Positions 1-10,071 are shown, counted from the stretch's first letter. The stretch is DNA of 64,000 bases from Alphaproteobacteria bacterium (GCA_964291675.2 OZ219866.1:896001-960000); one strand, 5' to 3'. The notes: a model not told the origin generated them from the sequence alone. Numbers and translations: made by a program.

Positions 1-113
1 GCGGCGACCGGTGAGTGGCGGCCGGATGATGCGCCTACGACGTTGATCCAGCCGCTACGGGAGCCTGCACGATCCGCAAGGTCAGGCGCGCGGCCGGAAA
101 GCTCTTCTCCAGG

Positions 114-1250
114 ATGCTGACGACGCCATCTCCGCCTTCCGCTCGGCGCGGCCCGCTCTCCGTCCTGATCGTTCACCCCAGCAGGACAAGGCGCGGCGGG
201 ATAGTGAACGCCACCTTGGCGCATGCGCTGGGTTTGCATCTGCGCGGTCATGTGGTGGAAGTTTGGACGGCGTCTCAGGCCCTGGCCGCTTCGCTCGAAG
301 CACGTGGGATTTCGGTCTTCGCGCATCCGGCGATTTCCAGCGCAATGGGGTTGAGCCTGTCGCGCGCGATACGCGCACGCGGACGAAGTCTGCGGGCGGC
401 GGGCGTCGACGCGGTTGTTCATCAAGGCGCGAAATCCTATCTCTGGTCACGGCTTGGGATGCGGCGCGCCCTTCACGCCGTGGTTTTCCATAATCGCAAA
501 TTGGGTGGTCGGCGGCGTTTCGACCATTGGTTCGTGCTCTCCCATGCGCACGCAGCGGAGCTGACTTCGAACCCGCTTCATGCCAAGGGAAAAACCTTGC
601 ACGTCATCCGCAACGGATACGCGATGGAAGACCGGGCAGGTCCCGCCGGATTTCGCGACGCCCGATCCCGGGACGGACATTGCCGTTATCGGATTGGCAC
701 GCTGTGCGAGCTGAATCGGAACAAGGGTGTCGATCTGCTGCTCCAGGCGGTAGCCGAGTTGGTCGCGGCGGGCATGCCGATCAAATTGCTGGTGGGCGGG
801 GCGGGTCCGGAAGAAGCAGCGCTAAAGCGCTCGGCGGGCGAGCTCGGTATCTCCGGCTCGGTCCGCTGGCTCGGCTGGGTGGAAGACCGTGCGGCGTTCT
901 TTCGAGAAATCGACGTATTTTGCCTGGCGTCCCGCGTCGAACCGTTCGGTCTGGCCGTGATCGAGGCAATGGCTGCGGGCGTGCCGACGATCGCGAGCCG
1001 CACGGACGGAGCGCTGGAAATTCTTGCCCACGACACCACCGGATGGTTGTTTCCCGTCAACGACCAGAGCGCGCTTTGCGACATCATCCGACGAACCTTG
1101 AACGATCCCGTGAACCGGGGCCGGGTCGCCGAACGCGCGATGGTCGATGTCGAACGCCGTTTCAGCCCGCAGGCCGCGGCCGAGACGATCGAGAGCGCGT
1201 TGACGGAGCTTTTGGGCGACAACCCGGATCGGGGCGCCAGACCGGCATGA
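114..1250 (+). CDS. Glycosyltransferase family 4 (GT-B fold)
   Basis: KGVDLLL and EPFGLAVIEAMAAG motifs typical of GT4. Confidence 0.9.
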   Translation: MLTTPSPPSARRGPLSVLIVHPSRTRRGGIVNATLAHALGLHLRGHVVEVWTASQALAASLEARGISVFAHPAISSAMGLSLSRAIRARGRSLRAAGVDAVVHQGAKSYLWSRLGMRRALHAVVFHNRKLGGRRRFDHWFVLSHAHAAELTSNPLHAKGKTLHVIRNGYAMEDRAGPAGFRDARSRDGHCRYRIGTLCELNRNKGVDLLLQAVAELVAAGMPIKLLVGGAGPEEAALKRSAGELGISGSVRWLGWVEDRAAFFREIDVFCLASRVEPFGLAVIEAMAAGVPTIASRTDGALEILAHDTTGWLFPVNDQSALCDIIRRTLNDPVNRGRVAERAMVDVERRFSPQAAAETIESALTELLGDNPDRGARPA

Positions 1251-1256
1251 AACCGC

Positions 1257-2291
1257 TCAGCCCAGCTCGTCGCGCATCATGTCGAGGCTGTCGCGGACCG
1301 GGCGGTCGCTCACCACGAACAGGTCGGCATCGCCGCCCAGCGCCTCGTGCCGCGCCCAGCTCCATTGCGGGATGGTGAACACGTCGTGCCGGGTCCATTC
1401 GACGGTCTCCTCGCCGATCGCCGACCTTCCCGAGCCGGACACGGCCAGGCAGATCTGGCTGCACAGCGACCGCCTCGGCCGCGTCGGCTGGCCCGCCGCG
1501 AGCCGCCGCGCGCAGCAGTCGAGGCTCGGCATCGCCGGCCCGCCGTCGAGCGGGTTGACGTAGCGCGCCGTCTTCGCCCCGTCCTCGCCCACGGGCGCGG
1601 CGTCGAGCAGGCGGCGCGTCGCCGCGCCGGGGTAGCGGTATCTCGGCGAATGGGAAGCGTCATGGCCGTGCCCCTCGGCCTGCAGCCCGGCCTCCTGCCA
1701 CAGCCGTTCGTCGCCCTCGCCGACCTCCCAGAACGCGTTGTCGGCGCGCGACCCGGGCTCGAAGAAATTGGCGTGCAGCGCGTTGACCAGCGGGATGTTG
1801 GCGGCGTCGAACCAGACCGTCCGCTCCGCGCCCTCGTTGATGTGGCCGTGCCAGCACATCGGCGGGGTGAGCACCAGGTCGCCGTCGAGCATCGCGCAGC
1901 GCCGGCCGTTGACGATCGTCACCGCGCCCTCGGCCCTGGTGGCGAAGCGGATCGCCGAGGCGGTGTGCCGGTGCGGCGGCGCCCGGTCGCCGGGCTCCAG
2001 CACGGTGAAGGCGGCGATCAGGTTGCCGGTGGTCACGGTCTCGCCGCCGAAGGCCGGGTGGCAGAGGATCAGCGCCCGGCGTTCGACGTCCTCGGCCCCG
2101 ACCTCGCGCGCGGCGCGCTCGGCGAAGGGCTCGATCTCGCGCCAGCGCCAGATCGCCGCCTTGTCGGGCGCGTCGGGGAGCGCCGGGGTGATCTTCTGGT
2201 AGCGGTCCCAGAGCGGGTGGATGCGCGCGGCCTCCAGCGCCGCGATCAGCGCCGCATCCGCCCGCTCCTCCGGTCCGGCGGGGCCGGACAC
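1257..2291 (-). CDS. Gentisate 1,2-dioxygenase-like bicupin
   Basis: ERRALIL, HRHTASAIRF and WHGH cupin motifs; start reassigned to GTG 2291, just after the upstream stop. Confidence 0.85.
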   Translation of the reverse strand: MSGPAGPEERADAALIAALEAARIHPLWDRYQKITPALPDAPDKAAIWRWREIEPFAERAAREVGAEDVERRALILCHPAFGGETVTTGNLIAAFTVLEPGDRAPPHRHTASAIRFATRAEGAVTIVNGRRCAMLDGDLVLTPPMCWHGHINEGAERTVWFDAANIPLVNALHANFFEPGSRADNAFWEVGEGDERLWQEAGLQAEGHGHDASHSPRYRYPGAATRRLLDAAPVGEDGAKTARYVNPLDGGPAMPSLDCCARRLAAGQPTRPRRSLCSQICLAVSGSGRSAIGEETVEWTRHDVFTIPQWSWARHEALGGDADLFVVSDRPVRDSLDMMRDELG

Positions 2292-2295
2292 CGCG

Positions 2296-3222
2296 CTACT
2301 TCTTCTTCGGCCGGATGAACTTGTCGACATTGGCCTTGTCGACCAGGACGTGGCCGACATAGACGCGCGGGTCGTGCTTGCGGCCCTTGAAATGGCCGTC
2401 CATCGTGTCGACCCCGAGGACCCCCCACTTGACCGGGTTGAGCACCACGGTCAGGTCCATCGCGCCGCGCTTGACCGCCCGTACCGCCGGCGGGATGCCG
2501 TTCATCCCGGTGACGATCACGTCCTTCTTCTTGCCCGCCGCCGCGACCGCCTGGGCGGCGCCCATGCCGAGCTCGTCATTGGCGCCGTAGATCGCCTTGA
2601 CGTCGGGATGGGCGACCAGCGCGTCCTCGCCGTGCTTGAGCCCCATCTCCCGGGTCAGCGCGAGCTCCTGCCGGTAGACGACCTCGATGCCGGGGTGGCC
2701 CTTGAGTCCCTCCTCGTAGCCGCGGGCGAAGTTCATGAAGGCCTGCGCGCCGGCGGGGCCGGCGAGCATCGCGACCTTGCCCTTGCCGCCGATCTTCCGC
2801 GCCGTCCACTCGGCGATTTCGCGGCCCACCCGAATCTCGTCCACGGCGATGTGCAATAGCTGCGCCTTGCACGCCGAGCCCCGGGCGATCGCCATCATCG
2901 GGATGTCGGCCTCCTTCGCCTTGTCGAAGGCGCTGCACAGCGCCTTGGCGTCGATGGGCGAGGCCAGTATTCCGTCGACGCCCTTGGCGATCAGGTCGTT
3001 GATGCCGTTGAGCTGGCGGGCCACGTCCTCCTCGGCGGTGACGACGCTCAGCTTGTAGCCGAGCTGCTTGGCGCGGATCTCGATGCCCTTGAGCATCGCG
3101 ATGTAGAACGGGTTGGTGTCGGAAGCGAGCGCCACGCCGATGGTCTTCTCGGCGGCCGTCGCGGCGCCGGCGATGCCCATTGCTGCGACTGCGGCCGCGG
3201 CGATCAACGCTTTGCGGATCAT
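2296..3222 (-). CDS. Sugar (RbsB-like) ABC transporter substrate-binding protein
   Basis: Signal peptide MIRKALIAAAAV; NPFY and ANDELGMGA motifs; GGAGG RBS before ATG 3222. Confidence 0.88.
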   Translation of the reverse strand: MIRKALIAAAAVAAMGIAGAATAAEKTIGVALASDTNPFYIAMLKGIEIRAKQLGYKLSVVTAEEDVARQLNGINDLIAKGVDGILASPIDAKALCSAFDKAKEADIPMMAIARGSACKAQLLHIAVDEIRVGREIAEWTARKIGGKGKVAMLAGPAGAQAFMNFARGYEEGLKGHPGIEVVYRQELALTREMGLKHGEDALVAHPDVKAIYGANDELGMGAAQAVAAAGKKKDVIVTGMNGIPPAVRAVKRGAMDLTVVLNPVKWGVLGVDTMDGHFKGRKHDPRVYVGHVLVDKANVDKFIRPKKK

Positions 3223-3523
3223 CTTTTCCTCCCCCTGGAACCGCTCCGGTCGCGGCGATCCGCCAAGCTTGCGCGCAAACGCGCCGCGTGTCGATGGGGT
3301 CGGGGCTGCACGGTCCCTCCGGCCCGCCCATGGATGCCCGGATCGAGTCCACTGCTGTCCGGTTTGCCGTGAAACAGTTTCGGTGGGGGCGCGCGAGGGC
3401 CCCATCCAACGCCGGGAGGGAGTTGGCTGAGATCGCCGGAAGGGGGCGGCGGAGACGAGCGGTGGACTTCCCCGATGTGGCCCGAAGCGGTCCCGCGCGG
3501 CGGTCCGGCGTTATGCGGGCCGG

Positions 3524-4774
3524 TCAGGTGGCCTTGGGTTCGGCGCGCCGGGGTTGGATGTAGCCGTAGCGGCGGAGCATTCGGATCCAGCGCGGGGCGT
3601 TGCGCTTGACCATCAGCGCGTCGTAGTCGGCGGTGCGGTCGTAGTAGGGCCTGCCGGTCTTGAGCACGACATAAACGATGCGCAGCATCTTGTGTGCGCT
3701 GGCCACGATGGCGCGCTTGTATCCGCGCCGGGCGGCGAGCGCGCGGTGGTGGGCCTCGAACTGGCACCCCTTGGTTCGGGCCGCGCCGTGGGCACATTCG
3801 ACGAGGCTGGCGCGCAGCGTCTTGGAGCCCCTTCGGGTGCGCGCGTTGCGGCGCTTTCCGCCGCTTTCGTTGTTGCCGGGGCAGAGCCCGGCCCAGGCGG
3901 CGAAGTGCTGCTTGGAGGCGAACGCCTCGATATCCGGGCCGATCTCGATCAGGATGGTCGAGGCGGCGATGCGGTCGATGCCGGGGATGGTGGTCAGCAG
4001 GCGGAGCTGTTCCTGCCACGGCGTCATCTGCCGGTCGATCTTCTCGCCGTAGGACGCGATGCGCGCCTCGAGCGCGTCATGCTCGTCCAGCAGATCGCCG
4101 AGCATGAAGCGGTCGTTGTCGCCCAGGCTCAGGGAGAGCGCCTCGCCGAGCCCCTCCAGCTTGTTGGCGACGTGGCCGGTGAGCGAGGCGAGGATGACCG
4201 CGCGCGGCGTGGCTTGCGCCAGCCCGTCGAGGATCTTGCGGCCGTTGACGCCGAAGACGTCGGAGAGGATGCCGCCGATGCGCAGGCCGGCGCGGTCGAC
4301 GATCTTCTGCACCCGGTTGCGCACGGTCGAGCGCTGCCTGACCAGGGTGCGCCGCTGGCGGCTCAGCGAGCGCAGCTGCCGGAACGGCTCGGGGGGAACA
4401 TGGGAAGGCGTGCAGAGCCCGAACTGGCACACGCAGGCCAGCCACACGCTGTCGGCGACATCGGTCTTGCGCCCCTTCAACTGCTTGACCTGACGCGCGT
4501 GCACCAGGATCGCTTCGATCCCCGCCGCCTCCACCGCCGCGAAGGGCGCCTGCCAGTAGATCCCGGTCCCTTCCATGACAGCGGCCTCGACGCGGCGACC
4601 GGTCAGCCAGGCGACCATCTCCGCCAGACCGCTCGGAAGCGAGCTGAAGCAGCGCGTCTCCACCACCGGCTCGCCCTCGCCCTCGCACAGGCGAACCGTC
4701 GCGGTGATCTCCATCTTGTGCACGTCCAGACCCGCCGCGCGCGGCCGCACGACGTGCAAGCCTTCCGTCTTCAT
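3524..4774 (-). CDS. IS110-family transposase (DEDD recombinase)
   Basis: GLDVHK, MEGTG, KTDVADS (DEDD), TIPGID and GLCPGNNESGGK (catalytic Ser) motifs; GAGGAGG RBS before ATG 4774. Confidence 0.96.
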   Translation of the reverse strand: MKTEGLHVVRPRAAGLDVHKMEITATVRLCEGEGEPVVETRCFSSLPSGLAEMVAWLTGRRVEAAVMEGTGIYWQAPFAAVEAAGIEAILVHARQVKQLKGRKTDVADSVWLACVCQFGLCTPSHVPPEPFRQLRSLSRQRRTLVRQRSTVRNRVQKIVDRAGLRIGGILSDVFGVNGRKILDGLAQATPRAVILASLTGHVANKLEGLGEALSLSLGDNDRFMLGDLLDEHDALEARIASYGEKIDRQMTPWQEQLRLLTTIPGIDRIAASTILIEIGPDIEAFASKQHFAAWAGLCPGNNESGGKRRNARTRRGSKTLRASLVECAHGAARTKGCQFEAHHRALAARRGYKRAIVASAHKMLRIVYVVLKTGRPYYDRTADYDALMVKRNAPRWIRMLRRYGYIQPRRAEPKAT

Positions 4775-4799
4775 CGCTGTCCTCCTCGTTGCGCTCTCG

Positions 4800-5060
4800 C
4801 CACGGCGGCGTAGGATCGCGCCGTGGCATCGCCACGGTGGAGGCGGGGACAGCGGTCGGAAGGACACGCACCCGTCGAGCGGGTGCGGTTCGATTTGCCG
4901 CGCGTCCACGGCCGCGGGCCGGGCACAGTACGGGGTGCGGAGCCGACCGCCGGAAGCAGTTTATATCTCGGGAACCACATCACCGATAAACGGAACGCTC
5001 ACGCGTCGCCGCCTCCACCATTCCCATCCTGCCACGGCAGACCCGCGCGACGATCGGCAA
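4800..5060 (-). ncRNA. Candidate IS110 bridge RNA (boundaries approximate)
   Basis: Noncoding end upstream of the recombinase with nested stems: 4836-4846/5009-5019 (11 bp), 4852-4859/4943-4950 (8 bp), hairpin 4867-4887. Confidence 0.65.
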
Positions 5061-5239
5061 ACCCTCAGCCGAACGCCCCGAGTTTCATGCCACGGGGTGG
5101 CTCAGCACCGCCGAGACCATGACGGTTTATATGAGTTGGACCGGGCGCAAAGCCTTGTTCCGGGCGGGATATCGGCGCATCCGCCGGATCGGGACACGGA
5201 TCGCCGCACGCCCGCACTTGCCGTCCCTGCCCCTCCGTT

Positions 5240-5640
5240 GTCACCCCGGCCTCGTTCCGGGCACCCACGGGCGGGGCGGTCCGCCCCCGGCTCCCGTGCT
5301 TCTCCACCGCCACCCCCACCCCGTCATGGCCGGACTTGATCCGGCCACCCATGCGCGGACTTGATCCGCGCAACCACTGGCGCCACCGGTACAACGCCCC
5401 GTCGGGAGGAGCGGCGGCGCCAGTGGATGCCCGGATCACCCCCGGACTTGATCCGGGGGCCGGGGCATGACGATGGGGGGAGGCATGGTGGTGGGGCGGG
5501 AAACGCCGGGCGCGACGCGCGTCGAAGGCTAAACCGGACAGCAGTGGATCAAGTCCGGGCATGACGAGAGGGGTGTTGGCGCTTCCCCAACCACGTCATG
5601 GCTGGCCCCCGGAACGAGTCCCGGGGGCCAGCCATGACGT
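5240..5640. repeat. Cluster of REP-like palindromes (GTCATGGCCGGACTTGATCCGGCCA family)
   Basis: Copies near 5240, 5323, 5352, 5424 and 5547; 5593-5640 is a hairpin with perfect 20-bp arms. Confidence 0.85.
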
Positions 5641-5663
5641 GGAGCGGAAAGCCCGGCGGGGGG

Positions 5664-6050
5664 TCAGGCCTGGGAGGACGGCGGCATGGGGCCGCCCGCC
5701 AGCATCGGCCCCAGCCGCTTGCCGGCGAAGACGTGGAAGTGGAGGTGCATCACCTCCTGATGCGCATCGGCGCCGCTATTGGCGAGCACGCGGTAGCCCG
5801 GCCCCGACAGGCCCAGCGCCTCGGCGGTCTCGCCGATGGCGCGGATCAGGGCCGACTGCTCCTCGGCGCTCGCCCGTGCCGCGAAATCCGCCATCGAGAC
5901 ATAGCGCCCCTTGGGGATCACCAGCGCATGGACCGGCGCCTGCGGCGCGATGTCGTGGAACGAGAGCGCGTGGTCGTTCTCGTAGATCTTGTTGCAGGGA
6001 ATTTCACCGCGGACGATCCTGGCGAACACGTTGCCGTCGTCATACGCCAT
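5664..6050 (-). CDS. HIT (histidine triad) nucleotide-binding protein
   Basis: HLHFH triad; [11 protein letters not shown]. Confidence 0.93.
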   Translation of the reverse strand: MAYDDGNVFARIVRGEIPCNKIYENDHALSFHDIAPQAPVHALVIPKGRYVSMADFAARASAEEQSALIRAIGETAEALGLSGPGYRVLANSGADAHQEVMHLHFHVFAGKRLGPMLAGGPMPPSSQA

Positions 6051-6390
6051 CGGCGTTTCCCTTGCTGCGCGCGCGCTTCTCCGCGATCCCCGACACGCCC
6101 TCGCGCCGGGCCAGCTCGGCCCACACGTCTTCCGGCGCGACGCCGGACTCGGCCCAGGCCACCAGCAGGTGGTACAGGAGATCGGCGCTCTCCGCGACGA
6201 CCTCCGCGCGCCGGCCGGCGGCGGCGGCGATCACGGTCTCGACCGCCTCCTCGCCCAGCTTCTGGGCGATCTTGTCCGGTCCGCGCGCGAACAGGCGCGC
6301 GGTGTAGGATTCCTCGGGATCGGCGTCCTTGCGGTCCTCGATCGCCGCGTAGAGCCGATCGAGGACCGCGCTGTCGTCGGTCTTCGCCAT
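6040..6390 (-). CDS. hisE: Phosphoribosyl-ATP pyrophosphatase
   Basis: [15 protein letters not shown] and ESADLLYH motifs; ATG 6390. Confidence 0.95.
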   Translation of the reverse strand: MAKTDDSAVLDRLYAAIEDRKDADPEESYTARLFARGPDKIAQKLGEEAVETVIAAAAGRRAEVVAESADLLYHLLVAWAESGVAPEDVWAELARREGVSGIAEKRARSKGNADGV

Positions 6391-6422
6391 GGGCGTTGCA
6401 ATAGCAGATCGGCCCTGCGGGG

Positions 6423-7181
6423 TCACGGACGCACGGCCACGCCGGCCCGCGCCATATGGGCCTTGGCCTCGGCGATGGTGTGGGTGCCGAAATGGAAGAT
6501 CGAGGCGGCGAGCACGCCCGTCGCCCCGCCCTCGCGCACCCCGGCGACCAGGTGGTCGAGCGTGCCGACGCCGCCCGAGGCGATCACCGGCACCCGCACC
6601 GCATCGGCGATGCGCCGCGTGAGGTCGATGTCGAACCCCTCCCCGGTGCCGTCCCGGTCCATCGAGGTGAGCAGGATTTCGCCCGCCCCGTTGCCCTCCA
6701 TCCGCGCCGCCCAGGCGATGGCGTCGATCCCGGTGCCGCGCCGCCCGCCATGGGTGAAGATCTCGAACCCGCCGGGCGCGGACGCCTTGGCGTCGATCGC
6801 GACCACGATGCATTGCGAGCCGAATTTTTGCGCCGCCTCGGCGACGAATTCCGGGCGATGCACGGCGGCGGTGTTGATCGAGACCTTGTCGGCGCCGGCG
6901 ACCAGCAGCTTGCGGATGTCGTCGACCGTGCGCACCCCGCCGCCGACGGTGAGCGGCATGAAGCACTGCTCGGCGGTCCGCTTGACCGCGTCGAACAGCG
7001 TGTCGCGGTTCTCGTGCGAGGCGGCGATGTCGAGAAAGCACAGCTCGTCCGCCCCCTGCGCGTCGTAGATCCGCGCCTGCTCCACCGGATCGCCGGCATC
7101 GACGAGGTCGACGAAATTGACCCCCTTGACGGTGCGCCCGTCCTTCACGTCGAGACAGGGTATGACGCGGGCCTTGAGCAT
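6423..7181 (-). CDS. hisF: Imidazole glycerol phosphate synthase, cyclase subunit
   Basis: [11 protein letters not shown] and TSMDRDGT motifs. Confidence 0.98.
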   Translation of the reverse strand: MLKARVIPCLDVKDGRTVKGVNFVDLVDAGDPVEQARIYDAQGADELCFLDIAASHENRDTLFDAVKRTAEQCFMPLTVGGGVRTVDDIRKLLVAGADKVSINTAAVHRPEFVAEAAQKFGSQCIVVAIDAKASAPGGFEIFTHGGRRGTGIDAIAWAARMEGNGAGEILLTSMDRDGTGEGFDIDLTRRIADAVRVPVIASGGVGTLDHLVAGVREGGATGVLAASIFHFGTHTIAEAKAHMARAGVAVRP

Positions 7182-7183
7182 GG

Positions 7184-7909
7184 TCAGCCGGACAGCAGTC
7201 CGATCGCCTCGGCGGGGTCGATCCGCCCGTCATAGAGCGCGCGGCCGCAGATCACGCCTTCGATGCCCGCTCGCTCGTTGGCCTTGAGCTCGAGCAGGTC
7301 CTGGGTCGAGGACACGCCGCCGGATGCGATGACCGGGGTGGTCAGGGCGAAGGCGAGATCGACGGTCGCCTCGACGTTCAGCCCGCCGAGCGCGCCGTCC
7401 CGGCCGATGTCGGTGTAGATGATCGCGGCCAGGCCGGCGCCCTCGAAGCTGAGCGCGAGATCGAGCGGCTTCACCTCGCTGGTCCTGTACCAGCCCTCGG
7501 TCGCCACGCGCCCGCCGCGCGCGTCGATCCCGATGGCGATCCGGCCGGGGTATTGCCCGCAGGCCTCGCGCACGAAATCGGGATCGTCGAGCGCCGCCGT
7601 GCCGAGAACGGCGCGCGCCACCCCGGCCGCCATCCAGTGGTCGAGGGTCGCCGCGTCGCGGATGCCGCCGCCGAGCTGGACCGGCATGTCGACGGCATCG
7701 AGGATCGCCGCCACCGCATCGGCGTTGACCGGCCGCCCCTCGACGGCGCCGTTGAGGTCGACCACGTGGAGCCATTCGAACCCGGTCGCCGCGAACTCCT
7801 GCGCCTGGTCCGCCGGATCGTGGTTGAACACGGTGGCTTCGGACATCTCGCCGCGCAGCAGGCGGACGCAGAGCCCGTCCTTGATGTCGATGGCCGGGTA
7901 GAGGATCAC
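7184..7909 (-). CDS. hisA: ProFAR isomerase
   Basis: [19 protein letters not shown] and QLGGGIR; GTG start overlaps the upstream stop. Confidence 0.96.
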   Translation of the reverse strand: MILYPAIDIKDGLCVRLLRGEMSEATVFNHDPADQAQEFAATGFEWLHVVDLNGAVEGRPVNADAVAAILDAVDMPVQLGGGIRDAATLDHWMAAGVARAVLGTAALDDPDFVREACGQYPGRIAIGIDARGGRVATEGWYRTSEVKPLDLALSFEGAGLAAIIYTDIGRDGALGGLNVEATVDLAFALTTPVIASGGVSSTQDLLELKANERAGIEGVICGRALYDGRIDPAEAIGLLSG

Positions 7910-8466
7910 GCGGCGTCTCCGCCCGGTTCGGGCAGCGGCGCGAGATACTTGGTGTAGAAATGACCGGCGATCAGCCTGCCGCCCGCGACCGCATAGGCCG
8001 GGTTGGTGCCCCAGCGGACATAGCCGAGAGACTCGTACAGCGCGATCGCGGCATCCTGGGTCTCCCGCACGTCGAGATTTAGCGCCAGATATCCCCGGTC
8101 GCGCGCCGCGTCCTCGACCGCCAGCGCGAGCATCCGCGCAAGCCCGTGCCCGCGCGCCCAGGGGGCGACGAAATTGGTGGTCGTGTTGGCGGCGAAGGCC
8201 TGGGCCTCGTTGTTGCGCGGCGGCTTGACGAGCTGGGCCGAGCCCGCGATCACGCCGCCATGCCGGCCGACGAAGACCTCCCGCTCGGGCACCAGCAGCA
8301 CGCCCGTCCAGTAGCGTTCGAGCACCTTGCGGGGCGGCGGGGCGAGCCAGCCGAACCCGCCGCCTTCGAGGATCGCGCTCTCGGAGGCGTCGCACAGATC
8401 GGCGAGGTCGCGCGCGGTGAAGCCCGTAGCCCGTTGCACCGAGATCGCCGGGGGGTCGGCGGTCAT
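7906..8466 (-). CDS. GNAT-family acetyltransferase within the his operon
   Basis: FVAPWARGHGLA acetyl-CoA motif; AIALYESLGY; translationally coupled to neighbours. Confidence 0.85.
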   Translation of the reverse strand: MTADPPAISVQRATGFTARDLADLCDASESAILEGGGFGWLAPPPRKVLERYWTGVLLVPEREVFVGRHGGVIAGSAQLVKPPRNNEAQAFAANTTTNFVAPWARGHGLARMLALAVEDAARDRGYLALNLDVRETQDAAIALYESLGYVRWGTNPAYAVAGGRLIAGHFYTKYLAPLPEPGGDAA

Positions 8467-9098
8467 GGGCGCCACGCGAGAAAGCGGGAGATCAGCGCGA
8501 GCCCGACGCGCTGGCTTTTCTCGGGGTGGAACTGGGTGCCGAGCACGTTGTCCCGGCCGACCGCCGCCGCTATCCGCCCGCCATAGTCGGTCACCGCGAG
8601 CACGTCGCCGGGATCGTCGGGAACCATGGTGTAGGAGTGGACGAAATAGGCGTGGGCGCCGCCGCCGATCCCGGCCAGCACCGGGTGGTCGCGGCACGGC
8701 TCGACCTCGTTCCAGCCCATATGCGGGATCCTGAGCTCGCCGGCGGAGGGGATCGGCACCACCCGTCCGGGAACCCAGCCGAGGCCGGGGTGGACGCCGT
8801 GCTCCTCGCCCGTGGTGGCCATGAGCTGCATGCCGACGCAGATGCCGAGCAGCGGGACGCCGGCATCCGCCCGCTCGCGCAGCGCGGCGACCATCCCGGG
8901 CAGCCGGGAGAGGCCGGTCATGCAGTCGACGAAGGCGCCGACCCCGGGCAGCACGATATGGTGCGCCCGGGCGAGCGCCGCCGCGTCGGCGGTCACCTCG
9001 ACCCGGGGCCGGCCAGGCGCGTCCGCGGCGGCCCGCTCGAAGGCCTTCGCCGCCGAGCGCAGGTTGCCCGACCCGTAATCGACGATGGCGACGGTCAC
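8463..9098 (-). CDS. hisH: Imidazole glycerol phosphate synthase, glutaminase subunit
   Basis: DYGSGNLRS, GICVGMQ and QFHPEKS. Confidence 0.97.
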   Translation of the reverse strand: MTVAIVDYGSGNLRSAAKAFERAAADAPGRPRVEVTADAAALARAHHIVLPGVGAFVDCMTGLSRLPGMVAALRERADAGVPLLGICVGMQLMATTGEEHGVHPGLGWVPGRVVPIPSAGELRIPHMGWNEVEPCRDHPVLAGIGGGAHAYFVHSYTMVPDDPGDVLAVTDYGGRIAAAVGRDNVLGTQFHPEKSQRVGLALISRFLAWRP

Positions 9099-9475
9099 CG
9101 CACCGGCCGCTCGCCGCGTTCGAGAAAGCGCCGCGCCGCGTCGTCCGCGTTGCGCCCGGCGACCACCGCGACCAGCCGCCGGCCCCGCCGCTCGAGCCCG
9201 CGGCAGCGCCAGTCATTGGCGCCGCCGCCGATGAAGACCGAGAGCGCGGCCACGCAGGCGAGCCCGGTGGCCGGGTGGGCGCCGGAAGCGGCGAGCGCCG
9301 CCAGCGCCGCCGCCACCCCGGCAAACAGGGCGAGCGCGGTCCACCACAGCCGGTGCCACGCCGCCCACAGGAAGGAGAACAGCAAGGCGGGCCAGCACAT
9401 GCCTTCCTTGACCAGGGTGACCGCGCGGTCCTCGCCGAGCGAGGCCGGGTCGATATAGGCCGCGTAGATGCGCAT
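9095..9475 (-). CDS. Small membrane protein (DUF2628-like)
   Basis: VKEGMCWPALLF pattern, hydrophobic segments, position between hisB and hisH. Confidence 0.7.
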   Translation of the reverse strand: MRIYAAYIDPASLGEDRAVTLVKEGMCWPALLFSFLWAAWHRLWWTALALFAGVAAALAALAASGAHPATGLACVAALSVFIGGGANDWRCRGLERRGRRLVAVVAGRNADDAARRFLERGERPVR

Positions 9476-10071
9476 CAGCCGCCGCCGAGCGTGCCCTTGG
9501 TGGAGGGGATCGCCGTCGGCGCCCTGGGATCGGTCGCGGTCGCGGCGCGCAGCGCCCGGGCGAGGCCCTTGAAACACGATTCGACGATGTGGTGGTTGTT
9601 CTCGCCATAGATGTTCTCGACATGCAGGGTCGAGCCGGAGGCCTGGGCGAAGGCCTGGAACCACTCCTTGAACAGCTCGGTGTCCATGTCGCCGAGCTTG
9701 GGCCGGGTGAAGACGACCTTCCAGACGAGATAGGGCCGCCCCGAAATGTCGATCGCCACGCGCGACAGGGTCTCGTCCATCGGGATGAGCGCCGAGCCGT
9801 AGCGCGCGATGCCGCCGCGGTCGCCGAGCGCGTCGGACACCGCCTGTCCGATGGCGAGCGCGGTGTCCTCGGTGGTGTGGTGGAAGTCGATGTGGAGGTC
9901 GCCCTCGGCGCGCAGCCTGAGGTCGATCAGGCTGTGCCGCGAGAGCTGTTCCAGCATGTGGTCGAGAAAGCCGATCCCGGTGGCGACGTCGTATCTGCCG
10001 CTGCCGTCGAGACCGACCGAGACCTCGATGCGGGTCTCGCGCGTCTCCCGCGCGAGCGAGGCCGTGCGCAT
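9475..10071 (-). CDS. hisB: Imidazoleglycerol-phosphate dehydratase
   Basis: DFHHTTED and NNHHIVE metal motifs; PSTKG. Confidence 0.97.
   Translation of the reverse strand: MRTASLARETRETRIEVSVGLDGSGRYDVATGIGFLDHMLEQLSRHSLIDLRLRAEGDLHIDFHHTTEDTALAIGQAVSDALGDRGGIARYGSALIPMDETLSRVAIDISGRPYLVWKVVFTRPKLGDMDTELFKEWFQAFAQASGSTLHVENIYGENNHHIVESCFKGLARALRAATATDPRAPTAIPSTKGTLGGG

Larger units (their letters stand above)
3366..5128 (-). mobile_element. IS110-family insertion sequence
   Basis: Transposase plus long noncoding ends, bounded by direct hexamer CGGTTT at 3360-3365 and 5123-5128; removing it extends the host terminal-repeat match by one base. Confidence 0.8.
3350..5546. mobile_element. MITE-like non-autonomous element (IS4-like termini) inserted in a REP hairpin; hosts the IS110
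   Basis: Perfect inverted repeats CACTGCTGTCCGGTTT (3350-3365) and AAACCGGACAGCAGTG (5531-5546); flanking 9-bp duplication GATCGAGTC (3341-3349) / GATCAAGTC (5547-5555). Confidence 0.7.

Noticed and set aside
5240-5640. Clustered palindromic repeats as a possible CRISPR array
   Set aside because: Mixed orientation, irregular spacing, variable sequence and no cas genes; they fit REP-like elements
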